The notes: generated by a model from the letters alone, not told the origin. A stretch of 64,000 nucleotides of DNA from Epiperipatus broadwayi (GCA_028023455.1 JAQFVV010000004.1:2170001-2234000); one strand, 5' to 3'; numbered from the stretch's first letter, positions 1-12,116 are shown. Numbers and translations: made by a program.

Positions 1-969
1 AGTTATCAGACGACAACAATTAAAAATACTGAATAGAGACTCATAGTACATACACACTTTCACATTTCAAACATATAGATACAAACACTGGAAAACTATT
101 CTAATGGCTCTTAGATTTAACTTAGAATTATTTTTCTATGCAAGAAATTATCCTTAACAAATAGATAATAAAGCAGGTGTTAAATAATTGGATAAATAAA
201 TATTTTTAAATATACACTAACTTCAGCAAATACATATCAAATTATATTTAAAGTTTTTTTACATATTATTATTATCTTACTCAGTTCCGTGTAATTTTAA
301 ATTAAATAAATTTATTTCTCAAAATTTAAAAAGTTCATTTAGAATAGTGTCATTAGTAAATTTAAGAAACTTTATAAACACTATCTATCTGCCATTCAAG
401 ATTTATTTTCAAATAGCAGCAAATAGTTTTTAATAATATGTTAGTATTAATTTTGCAAACTTTAACTAATCTATTAATACTATTTTATTAATAGTAATTG
501 TAGCATTGTCCAGTATAGTACAGTGATGACAGAGAGAAGCTTAAAAGTTGGAAAATCTAGCACAATTTTCAGCGGAGAAAATGAAAAATAATATCATGAG
601 TTTGATTAGATTGAAATATTCAAAATCTTGATAACTTTGGATCAGTGTAAACTGACAAGGAAAAGAAACAACCTAAGATGCTAAGATTGAAAAACTCAAA
701 AGCTAAAAAAATCTTGCATTAATTACCAACTAAAAAAGTAAACAAAAAATAATCCGAGTGTTTTTACTTGAACTAAACTTTTTTGCTCAACCTGACACTT
801 CATAGTTCACCTGAAATTCTAAGTAACCAGTTATATAATGATCCAGTTTATTAACTGAAAGTTTTGGGAAGATTTAACTTTTTAAAAAATTATTTGTAGT
901 TAAAAAAAGTTTAAAATAAAATCTCTATTATACTGAAAGTGCATTTTCATTGTATAGTTCATTTCAGTT

Positions 970-970
<1 letters not shown>

Positions 971-1006
<36 letters not shown>
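971..1006. repeat. compound microsatellite (CA)10(TA)8
   Basis: Read directly from the sequence. Confidence 0.95.
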
Positions 1007-1315
1007 ATTGATTAAAACATCAAGTAACCAATTGTATAGGTTGTGATTAGGGTGAGCATTTATCTATAGCGTTCAATTAGGTATTAAATATTTTAGAAAC
1101 TAGCATACTATATTTATCAGTTACTTTCAAGTTTTAGCAATGAAATTAAAGCTATGGGTATGACACCATTTTATTCTTTTCACATTCTAGTGCACAAAAT
1201 GCTTCCGCATCTTGCAAAAATAATATACTAATCTACTATCCTTGAACAAATAAAATTAAATTAAAGTTAGAAATTACACTGGCAATATTTTAGTAGCACA
1301 TGAAGTTTGTCCTTT

Positions 1316-1365
1316 TTATTATTATTATTATTATCATCATCATCATCATCATTATTATTATTATT
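1316..1365. repeat. compound trinucleotide microsatellite (TTA)n(TCA)n(TTA)n
   Basis: Read directly from the sequence. Confidence 0.9.
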
Positions 1366-2059
1366 GGCCAATAGTATAAGCTGTAAACATAGATTGTTCT
1401 TATAAATGTAACCATTACTTAAATTACTAAGAGTTCGCACCTATATATGACTTTTTTTTTATCACCGATTTTTGCTCATTTTTTATACTATATTTAAACA
1501 ATTCTACATTCAATTTTTTTATCATTTACTATAGGCTACTGTAGATCTTTTAATGTATAAATCAGAGATGGTCAACTTTTGGTCCTCAATAAGTTCTAAT
1601 CCAGCCCATGAACATTTTCAAAATAATTGTAGTAAAACTTTTTTCAGAATGTGTTTTTTAATGTTTATTAAAAAAAATGCCATTTTATAAAAACAACATT
1701 CCATATTTTCTACAGTTGAAAGTTCTATTCACAATAACATCATTTCAGTTATAGTGATGCATGCTGTTCTTTGATAAAATCTTTTAACTGCTCATTTTTG
1801 GCAGTGAGCTAACAAGGCTAAATAATTAGAATAATGTTATTCTACATTTTGAATGATTTCTAGACTGGAGCTCTCAAACTGTAGATAACCACACTTTCTC
1901 AATGACACTCTAATACACAACTTATTTAGTAGTAGTGCTTAATTGCTTTGCAAGTTTTTATACTGAAGTTATGATAACTCTGGATTAACAATCAAAATAA
2001 AACTCAAACATTTTATTATTATTATTTTACATTTAATTTTTTTATTAAGATGTTAATTG

Positions 2060-3410
2060 TCAATGAGATGAGAAAAGTTAATATGGAAAATCACAGTGCT
2101 TTAAAAAAAATTGACCAAGATAGAATGAAATACTAAGCTGATGTATCTGATTTACTTGGAAAGAACTTTTATTAATAAAAAACATAATATTAAGAGACAT
2201 TATTCATCAATACATTCTGATTATGACAAGTTTATTGGAGTGTAAAATGAAGTATCAAAAGTAGAAAACTTAAAGAAGATCTTAATTAAGCATCTGATAT
2301 ACTTTCTTGAAAGTACAAATGAATCAAAAAATTATATGAAATCAAGTGATATTATTGCAGTGAAAATTGCACTGAAACCATTTTCAGAAGGGAAATTCAT
2401 TATAAACTGTATCCTGTAGACATTAAATCCATATGCTCTAAACATAAGAAAAAAGCAAGAATATATATATAAACAAAACAAGTTATAAATTTCATAACTT
2501 GCTTTTAGCTTGCATTTTATGATCACTAGATGGAGCTTTACCAATAGCTCCTAACAAGCTTTTATGTAAACAAAAGCTTGTTAGGAGCTATTGGTAAAGC
2601 TCCATCTAGTGATCATATATATATGTCTGAAAAATAATTATAAAATGGAAAGAATTGTCAACAAATGTAAAAAGTTGTTGGAACATAAAATTGGATGTTT
2701 CAATTGACATTCTCAGTTTTGACATTAGAATATATCTGACAGACATTGCTAAAGTATACATTTTTATAACAGGAATTTATGAAAACCAAAGAAATATTAT
2801 CTTGCACCCAACTTGAGATAATGATAATAGGTGATGATATATTTAATAAACTAAAGGAAATAATGCAACATTCTATTATGTCTATTATAATTTATTATCC
2901 CCTGATAGAACCAAATTAATGATCGAAAAGATCAAAGATATTTTGAAATTTACTGTATCACCAAAATAGTATGGGCAAAAGTGAATTAAAGAAAAATATT
3001 TTCTATGGTATAATCGATCAACAAAACTTGTGTTATAAATATGTTAATTATGATAAAAACTGTTATGTGCATAAATGAAATAAAATTCAGATTAGTGTTT
3101 AACCACTCATATATTCTTGAAACTTCTTAAAGACATTGGATCTGAAGATGCAGATTTGACATATTGTGGATTTTGATGACCTTCGAAAGAACTATGCTAG
3201 CAAGATTTTTTGAATTAAAAATGAAGTGAAGATGCTCATCGAACTTAAAAGAAGGCCTGTAATAGAACTGGACAATGCAGTGTAATTATGCACTTTATCA
3301 TTTTTTGTCAAGATAACTACCCATATAAATGAACTGAATACAAAATTACAAAAGAAATACCAAATTCTTTGGAAATGTTCCTATATTTCAAAACAAACTG
3401 AAACTTCTTC
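2060..3410 (+). pseudogene. hAT (SPIN/Buster, GTF2IRD2-like) transposase pseudogene
   Basis: Manual translation gives KHNIKRHYSSIHSDYDK, KPFSEGKFIINCIL, DIAKVYIFITGI, FLKDIGSEDADLTY and LSFFVKITTHINELNTKLQ, colinear with SPIN-type transposases. Many stops and frameshifts. Confidence 0.85.
2468..2617 (-). mobile_element. F3-related 3'-end fragment with a perfect 46-bp fold-back hairpin, inserted in a TA tract inside the hAT transposase
   Basis: Arms 2518-2563 and 2572-2617 are exact reverse complements with an 8-nt loop. 2468-2560 aligns by eye to the reverse complement of the F3 3' end (11610-11685). Short (TA)n runs flank it. Confidence 0.75.
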
Positions 3411-3967
3411 AAAATCAATTAAATAATAATTTTATTAATTTTCCAACATTTACACTTCTTTTATAAATACTTATAGTAAATAAAAATATATCAATATTTT
3501 AATAAAATTGCATAAGAAATTTGTATAAACTTTCTGATGATTTTGAAAGCCCCCTCCCAAAAAAAAAAAACGTATTTCAAAATATTTTCATCTCCATTCA
3601 TGATATCCAATATAAACAAAATTTCTGAAAAATTCCAGATAATGATTTTAGTACCCTTAAAAAAAAAAAATGTAAAAACTAAATTTTTGTATTATCTTAT
3701 TATGAATTTTATAAACGTTTAGTTTCTCTAGAATGTCTGAATTTAATTTTAAATACAATGAAAGCAATCTCATTAGTCAGAAGCACATATAACAGCAAAA
3801 AATTTACTTTGCAAAATGACTTTTACATTGTACAGGTTTAACATCTGCATTTATATATGTTATATATGCGAGATTCAAACTCAGATTTTCACATGACCCA
3901 CAACTTTCAGTGTCATCTTATATTACTGACCCACCTGATCACACATATGTTGAAAAGATAAATAATC

Positions 3968-4011
3968 ACCAATATACATATTTTGTGCTAAACCAGCACT
4001 CATCAGTTGGT
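3968..4011 (-). ncRNA. minimal type-I hammerhead ribozyme motif F1 (GAAA decayed to AAAA)
   Basis: ACCAA-CUGAUGA-GUGCU/gguuu/AGCAC-AAAA-U-augu-AUA-UUGGU; helices I and II fully paired. Confidence 0.8.
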
Positions 4012-4076
4012 CCGGATTACCTTATCAATATAAAGCTGAGTACTGATTGTATGTATGTGTGGAAATGGTAATCTGG

Positions 4077-4120
4077 ACCAACTGATGAGTGCTAGTTTAG
4101 CACAAAATACATATATTGGT
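4077..4120 (+). ncRNA. minimal type-I hammerhead ribozyme motif F1 (GAAA decayed to AAAA)
   Basis: ACCAA-CUGAUGA-GUGCU/aguuu/AGCAC-AAAA-U-acau-AUA-UUGGU; nominal cleavage site after 4115. Confidence 0.8.
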
Positions 4121-5547
4121 GATTATTTCTCTTTTCAACATGTGTGTGATCAGGTGGGTCAGCAATATAAGATAAAACTGAGAGTTGTGGGTCGGGTGAA
4201 AGTCTGAGTTAAAATGACTTTTAGTAAATCAAAAATTGATCCCGAATAATTGATGAAAATTTGAAATATATTTTAACATTGCCACTACTGAATTTATGTG
4301 GGATATAAATTTATTGTTAAAAAATAAGCAATAGCTAATATTTCATCAAACTGTGGATGAAATTTTTATATTTTTCTTATTTTTGTTTACGGTTGTATAA
4401 TTATATGTACATTTAATAATAAATAATATAATGGTAACACTTATGATCTTGCTGTATTAATAATTATATTATTTTTACATGCTTTTGTTTTAAACCCTAC
4501 AAATTATAAAGTTCATCTACTTCAGATAAGTTTGACTTGTCCTGCCACTGAAAAATCTTGCTCACCCTATATAAATTATACCCCAAAAATTATTTGATCA
4601 AATCAAAATTACTTTAAAACTAGTTATAAACTTATTCCACTATTATCAGTTCACTACACAAAAAATGTCCTTTCAAATTTAATCAACTTTTTTTTTATCC
4701 ACAGTTTTCTTCTCTATATATTTCTAGAAAACTTCTTTTTGTTTTTCTACCTCTAATGATCTTTTTCTATGTTTTTTTTACAATCATTTGGAATTCAGTT
4801 TAAAATTTTAATTATCCAAGTATTGTCATATTTTTTAGCAAGATACACAGTCAATTCCTTTTCAGCTTTTAAACTTTTGTAATGATATTAATAATATTAA
4901 TTCACTTCTTTACTCAGTTTTATTTCTTATTATTGCTACCAACACATGTCTATTCATATTTATATGTATAGTCTGAAATTTTGTGAATTTTTTCATATCT
5001 CGAATCCATAAGTAAGTGCTGAATATATTTTTATTAAAAACTTCCTTTTCAAGCACAGATATATTTTCTTTTAATATTAAGTTATTTCTACCAAAATCAC
5101 TCCATAGATTTTATTCATTATATGTCTATATCTATTAAGAATCTGCTCAAAGTATTTAAGATAATTAACTGGCTTTTGTGATTAAGATTTTAAATGTTCA
5201 GGGAATCAAATCTTAGTCCGATTATTCGCAAATTGTGATTTCAAAACTGAAAATATTTTTCCAATACCTAATAAGTTTCACAAGTAAAATACTTACGGAT
5301 TCACTTTGATATAAACAATATTATACATTTTTACAGCTTTAACTTCAATATTTAATAATTCTAAAACTTTATATAGATTTATGTACTTTCAATACTTTAT
5401 AATTTTAGGCGAGACTGTATAACAAAATGTATTCTATATATTCCAATAAGTAACTAAAAAAGAAACAAGACATATAATAGCAAAGAAAACTAAATAATAT
5501 TTAATAAAATTATTATTGAAAATAAATAAGTATAATTATTATTATTA

Positions 5548-5640
5548 TTTTTTCATGTGTCATAGCATCGGCCGGGAAGCGAACCCGCTAACCCGGGATG
5601 TAAGGCAGCTGTGCTTTCCTCTCGACCACCAACGCTTGAC
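5548..5640 (-). mobile_element. tRNA-Gly-derived short SINE
   Basis: Revcomp GCGTTGGTGGTCGAGAGG...CAGCTGCCTTACA...CCCGGGTTAGCGGGTTCGCTTCCCGGCCGATGC has A and B boxes and an A-tail. Same family at 7786 and 22181. Confidence 0.85.
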
Positions 5641-6299
5641 AACAATAATTATTTTATATCCAAAATCGTATTATATTTCCAAAATTTTAATTGTATATAT
5701 ATATTTTTAAATTTTACCGTTATAAAATATTTATTCTTAATCAGCAATATTAAATCTTTGGAACGGAATTTTTAATGCAAAAATTAAATTATAAATACAA
5801 ACAATTTATTGACGTTCAAAACATTCTCATAAATCAAAAATATTTAATAGAATATGGATAAATTCATGTATAACTAATGGTTTTTTTTATTTATACAAGC
5901 TAATATTTTTTTATAGGACAGATGTTCTGTAAAGGGGAAAGGGACATAAACTTATCAACTTTTCACTTTCATTCAATTCATACAATCCACATATCTTATT
6001 ATCTGTTGGTAATATTCATTTACACATGACATGGATAAATATTTTATATTAAACCTCATATTTTTTTGTTATTGCAGCAATTATTAATATGTGATTATTC
6101 ACATAGTAAAAGAAATATGGATAATCTCTCACTGACATGCAACTGTCAGCCTGATAAGTTTATTAGCTTTTTATTCTTAGTTTAAGATAAAAAACACAAT
6201 AGTCCATTTTCTCCATAACCTGTTAGTTCTTAAGTGATACATTAATTGGATTTTCTTAAAAGCAGAGTAAATGTGTGTATAAATAACACATCTTTAGAT

Positions 6300-9235
6300 A
6301 TTTATGATCATGACAGACAAAACTAATTTATGATCCTTGTTTCTGAGATGTTATAAAGTTTTCAATTAAGTTAGCAGCTAGTGGTCAAAGACAGAAGGTT
6401 ATAACAATCTTTTGGTTGTGAACCTAAGATGTCATTCAGTGATAACTTTCATTTATATGTCAACAATTACAGATCACTTTCAAGCTAAAAAAGATTATAA
6501 CGCTTGGAAGAACCATCTAATATTGAAAGGAACATTGTTGGATTTCTGTGAAGTTAGAAGGAAAAGTGAAGTAAAAATTAATTTTAAAAGCAGATATTTA
6601 ATTTATTACAAAGGCACAATATTACTAGCACAAGTAACGTGGGATTCATTACAAATTAAACAAAGTGGAAGACCAGTGTGAAGATCGAGAGTATATCAGC
6701 AAAATGTCAAGATTAGTTAGTTGTTCAGCTACACCAAATGCAAATAATTCAAGTTTATGCCAAATTAAGTTTTAATTGTTATTAAAGAAGTAGAAAATAT
6801 TTATACAAATGTATAAAATCCTTTTGATCACACCAAACAACATTTAAAAATTGTCACAAAAAACTGTAATGATTGAATAGGAAAATGATTAAAAGATGAA
6901 AGTCTTATTAATAAAAGTATGGTGATGTAAATAAGTGAGGATATGAATTTTTTATAGGAGAAAAATATTAAATGGAAATGAATGGGGGAACATCTAAATG
7001 AAAATACATAGGTTTGTATTAACACTTAAAGTGATTATCAATTAGTCGGATGTAATGCAAAACTAAAGAAATGAAACCTATTTTTAAAAATCAGAATTAA
7101 TATTCATGATTTTAAGAAAGATTCCAGTGAATTTAAATTAGAACTTATTAATTATTTTAAAATATTGATAGATTTTGAAGTTGATTTAAATTAACTGAGA
7201 TCAATAAAAAATAACAGATAATTCTACCAAGAATTTCAACAAAGATATAAACACAAAAGCAGCATTTCACTAGTAAAACAGTAACTTAGACAAGAAGAGG
7301 TATAAAAAAATGATGGAATATAAAAATATTTTAAGATGATCTATTAACAAAAACTTAATCTTTAGTATTCTGTAAAATTATATGAAAAAAATGTTAATAA
7401 TGATATAAGAAAATATAATTGTGAATTGGCTATGAAAAAAAGTCATTTTGGTAATAAAAAATAAAGATGGAATTATTACTAAAAAAGATGACATCATAAA
7501 ATACGTGGTGAGTTCTACAAAAAATCATGTAGATCTAAAAAGCAAGGAAACAAATTAATCAATACAATTATTACATCATACAAATTGTGAAGCATTTTGA
7601 ATAAAAAGATGGAACATATAATTAAATCTGTGAAGAAAAACAAAGCTCCAGGGATTGATTTAGTTATTATTGATATTTAAAAGTAAAAAAGTAGAAAAAT
7701 TATTGGCAATTATGTATATCCCAAATATCTATATGCTAAAGATGTATGTAATAATTGGAAGAATGCAGTAACAATATTGACATTTTTTTTCTCATGTGTC
7801 ATAGCATAAGCCGGGAAGTGAACCTGCTAACCCAGGACAACTGCTTGTAAAGCAGCCGTCGCTGATCTCTTGACTACCAATGCTTGACAATATTGACATT
7901 TAAAAAAATAAGATATTATAAATTATAGATCCCAGTTTTTTTTATCATTTTTATACAAAGTTTTTATTAAGATATTTACAATTTGTCTACTTAAACCTTT
8001 GGATTCTAAACAATGAAAAGAACAAGTTTGATTTAAAAGTGGTTTTAGCACTATAGATCACATATAATTATTGAAAAAAGTTATAGAAAGAATAAAAAAA
8101 TAGAACTTGTTATAATGTTTAGAATTTTTAGATTATGAAAAAGCATTTGATTGGGTATAGGAATTTTCACAGTGATTATAGAATTGAATAATCACAATAT
8201 AGATCCAGGATATTGTTATATTCTGAAGAATATTTACTAACATGTAATAGCAGTGATAAGATTTACACAATGACCCTAATAATATCTCACTATTTATTGT
8301 CATATTAATTTTGCTTTCTAATGCTTTATGACTTGCTTTTTAATAAATTAAACAATTATTTTTTCATAATTAGACTTGGCTGGAGTGATTCTATATCTTT
8401 TAAACTTTTTTTACAGTAGTTTTACAAAAAAAAAAAAAAACATCTTGTAGATTAAATGGTAAGATAAACGAATAAAAATACATCAAATTATTTAAGTCAT
8501 TTAAATTAGACTGATATGGTTGTTTTTTACAAATAATGTTTAAGAGCTTCCGGAAATGTTACAAAAAATATCAAATGAAAATGAGAAAGTAAAATAATAT
8601 TCAATAATTTTTTTAGAAAATAAAGATTGATAATCAAGAATTAAAAGAGGTTAACAACTACAAATATCTTGGTCATATTATTAATGCAGATGGAAACATA
8701 ATGATTAAGTTAATCATAACATTAACCTTGGATGGAGTGTGTTGCTAGAAATAATTTAATATTAAAATGAAATATCCCTATGAGTTTGAAAAAATGGGGT
8801 TTAAAATATGGTTTACAGCTTTTACAAAAAGATCTGAGACTTGAATATTTCACATTAGAGCAATGTTAGTGACTTTAAATCTTTTCATCAAAATATGAAA
8901 AATGCCTATTGGGAGTAACAAAAAGGATTTGAAAACAAAACAATCAGGATGAGAGAACAAACAAGTATCTTTAATATCAATGAAACAATTAAAAGATTGA
9001 AATTGATCTGGGCTGCTTAAAATAATGATTATATATGAATAGTTTAAGACTAACTAGATCACATGATTATAAAAGACTTTAGTCAGGGAACTATGTGTGA
9101 GAGAAGATGGATGAAACATGATTTATTGGTGTGATGTGTAGAAGAGAAGCTTTGAATAAGAGAAACTGGATTAAACTTCAAATAAACTTTATTCTATATA
9201 TAGTAAACAACTGAAACTGTTGATAATATTAATAT
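6300..9235 (+). mobile_element. decayed RTE-clade LINE (APE + RT)
   Basis: APE-like GFCEVRRKSEVKINFKSRYLIYYKG at about 6530-6620. RT-like STIDHI...FLDYEKAFD at about 8050-8150. Heavily interrupted. Confidence 0.8.
7786..7888 (-). mobile_element. tRNA-Gly-derived short SINE inserted in the RTE relic
   Basis: Same family as 5548 and 22181. 15-bp TSD ACAATATTGACATTT at 7771-7785 and 7887-7901. Confidence 0.9.
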
Positions 9236-9339
9236 ATAAATCACAATGTATAATATTTATTTTTTATTAAGATTCTAATTTTATTTTGCTAAATTCAATA
9301 TGGAAGAGGTGCATTATTTTATGATTACAATCGAGGATT

Positions 9340-9381
9340 GAATACTAATCTAAGAATGATGAATACTAATCTAAGAATGAT
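9340..9381. repeat. perfect 21-bp tandem duplication
   Basis: GAATACTAATCTAAGAATGAT x2. Confidence 0.95.
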
Positions 9382-11505
9382 TTTTAATTTGTCTAAAAAA
9401 GTTGGCAATTATAATTAAAATAAAATATGTTACATTTATACAAATATATTATTATATTATAACGTTTTTCGTCTTGCTAGGCCTTTATACGCATTATAAA
9501 TGCACGAGTTGATCAAGTTATGCCAACAAGAAGAAAATTGTATTTCTATTTCTAAAAACATAACTATATTTCCTGATCAACTCTACCTAGTAATTGTTGC
9601 GAATTACACCATCAACGAAATCAGCTTTTAATTTATTTGATCAGGATGCCAGGATTATATAAAAGAACCTGCTGAAATCTGTCAAATAATGTATCACAAA
9701 ATAAAAAGAAAAAAATGTTTTCAAAAGACGGTATTAGATTTTACCGTAACTAAAATTATTTTTCAAAATATTATTATTCCTGGAACTTATTAAACATATT
9801 GGCAAAGGTAAATTACATTTTTAAATCTTACTAAACTAATAATAAATTTAACAATAAACACTAATAAATATTATTAATAATGTACAAATAAAAATTGATA
9901 TTAGAAATATTTTTATTCTAACAGATTAAAAATCTGTTTAAGTTAAATTGCGAATTAAATAAACTGGAGAGAACACACACTAATCCAAATATGAATACAT
10001 TAATAAAAAACAAGTTTCACAATTTAAAAAAAATATTGGATAAATAAAAGTCTCTTGAACAGAAAAATTAATGTCTCTATCAGGATTCTATTATATGTAT
10101 ATTTTTACGAGTTGTTTGCAAAATGGTTTGTCAACAATTTAGTCACAATCATGAATAATAAAGAGTCATAGCTTACCGGTAAGTTTAGTGAAAAAGTTGT
10201 AGCTTACTTTGCATAGTTTTTTGGGTTAGAATAAGCTCGGCCATTGGTTATTAGTTGATCTTGTATTCTATTCTGAAGGCTAGTTGCAGAAGCTTTTCTA
10301 GTGTCCATCTTAATGATGTCAGCTAAAGCCCCGGTCTATTCCCGCATGAAGGATTATTTCATCGTGAAGTGGTCTTGGATTTAATAATCCAAAACCAGCC
10401 AAAGGAAAAACAGACAACAAGACATTCGTCAAACTGGTCTCTGCCTTTTATACTAGAGGCCCAGTTTTCAGACTTCTGCACATCCTTTTGTTTATCAAAA
10501 AATATACGCTGATAATTAATCTGGTAATTCTTTATAAAATTTACGTTACAAAGTTCTCTTTTTTTAGCAAATCCATCGGCCATTTTTAATTAGCTAAAAT
10601 ATTTTTCTTTTAGCTTATCTTTTTACTTTTGGAATTCTTTTACTTTATCAGGATTAGTAATCTGCGTGTCTTTTGTTCTCTCCAATTTTAACTTTTATTT
10701 CTAATTACATAAAAAAAAATATGAAAGAACAATTTAACTTTCATTGTACGTTTTTTTAAACAAAAATTATACTAAAAAAAAATCTAAATTTACTTTTATT
10801 TTTTAGCTTTTACCAAATGCCAATATATTTGTACCATATATAAATAAACGGTACAATATATTATTGCTTGAATGTATCACTTTTGTTGAGAGAAAATAAC
10901 AAATTTCATGCTTTTTGCGATTAAATTTATTTGTTGAAAACAATCCATTCGTATTGTTAATTTATTCTATTTTTTGTTTATACTAATATCTGTAGATTGG
11001 TTGCAGTGGCAGAATGGAAAATCCTGTATCCCAATGTCTTTAAACTGTAGCCCAGTCTGTTACTTTTGGTGATGAAACGTTTTATTGACATTAGAAAAAT
11101 AAAACAATTGATTATTTTTATATTTATATATATATTCAATATGTTATTTATTTAATCATCAAAAATGAAAAAAAAAATATGCTGCTTTTTCACAGATTTA
11201 AATAAATCACATAATATAATATAAAATATCTTTGTATGACAGCAATAATTGTATATATATGTATATAATAAAAATAATAATATAGTACAACTTTTTTGGC
11301 AAGTATTTATTTTTTCCACTTATAACGTGATGGAGCTATTTTAAAGCTTTAATTTATATTGCATACATAGTGATATCTATCTTTATATATATATGCTGAG
11401 TTTGAAGACATTACGTGTCTAAAAGATTCATGCTTGCAAGCTGAATAGAAACTGTTTCATAAACGCTCAGAGTTTGTGTTTAGATCTAGTTTCTAAAATT
11501 CCCGT

Positions 11506-11549
11506 CTTTCACTGATGATAGCAAATAGCTTGAAATCATGATCTGAAAG
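11506..11549 (+). ncRNA. minimal type-I hammerhead ribozyme F3, copy 1
   Basis: CUUUCA-CUGAUGA-U-AGC/aaaua/GCU-U-GAAA-UCAUGA-UC^UGAAAG. Intact CUGAUGA and GAAA, 6-bp helix I, palindromic helix III AUCAUGAU, cleavage after 11543. Confidence 0.85.
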
Positions 11550-11904
11550 TGGAATTAAAGTTAGAGATAGTGAATACATGCTCTGACATTTATGTAAACA
11601 TACACTTGATGGTGTTTTTGGTAGAATGCCATCTGTTGACATAAATACAAGCGTTAGCAAGTTTTTAACTTGTTTTTTGTTTTTCATAAATGTACCTTTG
11701 AGGTCTTTCTAGCAATGATATATATTGCAGAGGCTTCTACTATGTGGTGATGCTGAACTGAGATCAGACCCATATAGCTATCTGGCTTGCTATGCTGAGT
11801 TTGAAGACATTACGTGTCTAAAAGATTCACGCTTGCAAGCTGAATAGAAATTGTTTCATAAACGCTCAGAGTTTGTGTTTAGATCTAGTTTCTAAAATTC
11901 CTGT

Positions 11905-11948
11905 CTTTCACTGATGATAGCAAATAGCTTGAAATCATGATCTGAAAG
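11905..11948 (+). ncRNA. minimal type-I hammerhead ribozyme F3, copy 2
   Basis: Identical to copy 1; cleavage after 11942. Confidence 0.85.
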
Positions 11949-12116
11949 TGAAATTAAAGTTATAGATAGTGAATACATGCTCTGACATTTATGTAAACAT
12001 ACGCTTGATGGTGTTTTTGGTAGAACGCCATCTGTTCACTTAAATACAAGCGTTAGCAAGTTTTTAACTTGGTTTTTTGTTTTTTATATATATATATAAT
12101 TAACTACAAGTGAAGG

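Larger units (their letters stand above)
3826..4210. mobile_element. F1 hammerhead-containing fold-back element (Penelope-derived, non-autonomous)
   Basis: 144-bp inverted arms at 3878-4021 and 4067-4210 with a 45-nt spacer. 13-bp TSD AAAATGACTTTTA at 3813-3825 and 4211-4223. Confidence 0.85.
1563..4568 (+). mobile_element. decayed hAT DNA transposon, Buster/SPIN-like, about 3.0 kb
   Basis: Contains a decayed transposase. Left end CAGAGATGGTCAA and right end (revcomp) AGGGTGAGCAA resemble CAGGGGTGGGCAA-type TIRs. Flanks GTATAAAT (1555-1562) and ATATAAAT (4569-4576) match 7/8 with a central TA, the Buster nnnTAnnn TSD pattern. Confidence 0.75.
11392..12085 (+). mobile_element. F3 tandem hammerhead element (retrozyme-like / mini-Penelope with pseudo-LTRs), 399-nt period
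   Basis: Two direct repeats of about 293 bp (starts 11392 and 11791; about 10 differences counted by eye) separated by about 106 bp of unique sequence. Each repeat carries an HHR. Flanked by (TA)n on both sides. Confidence 0.85.

Noticed and set aside
1048-1058. TAGGGTGAGCA as left TIR pairing with 4559-4569
   Set aside because: No matching TSD; the 1563 boundary gives a 7/8 TA-centred TSD.
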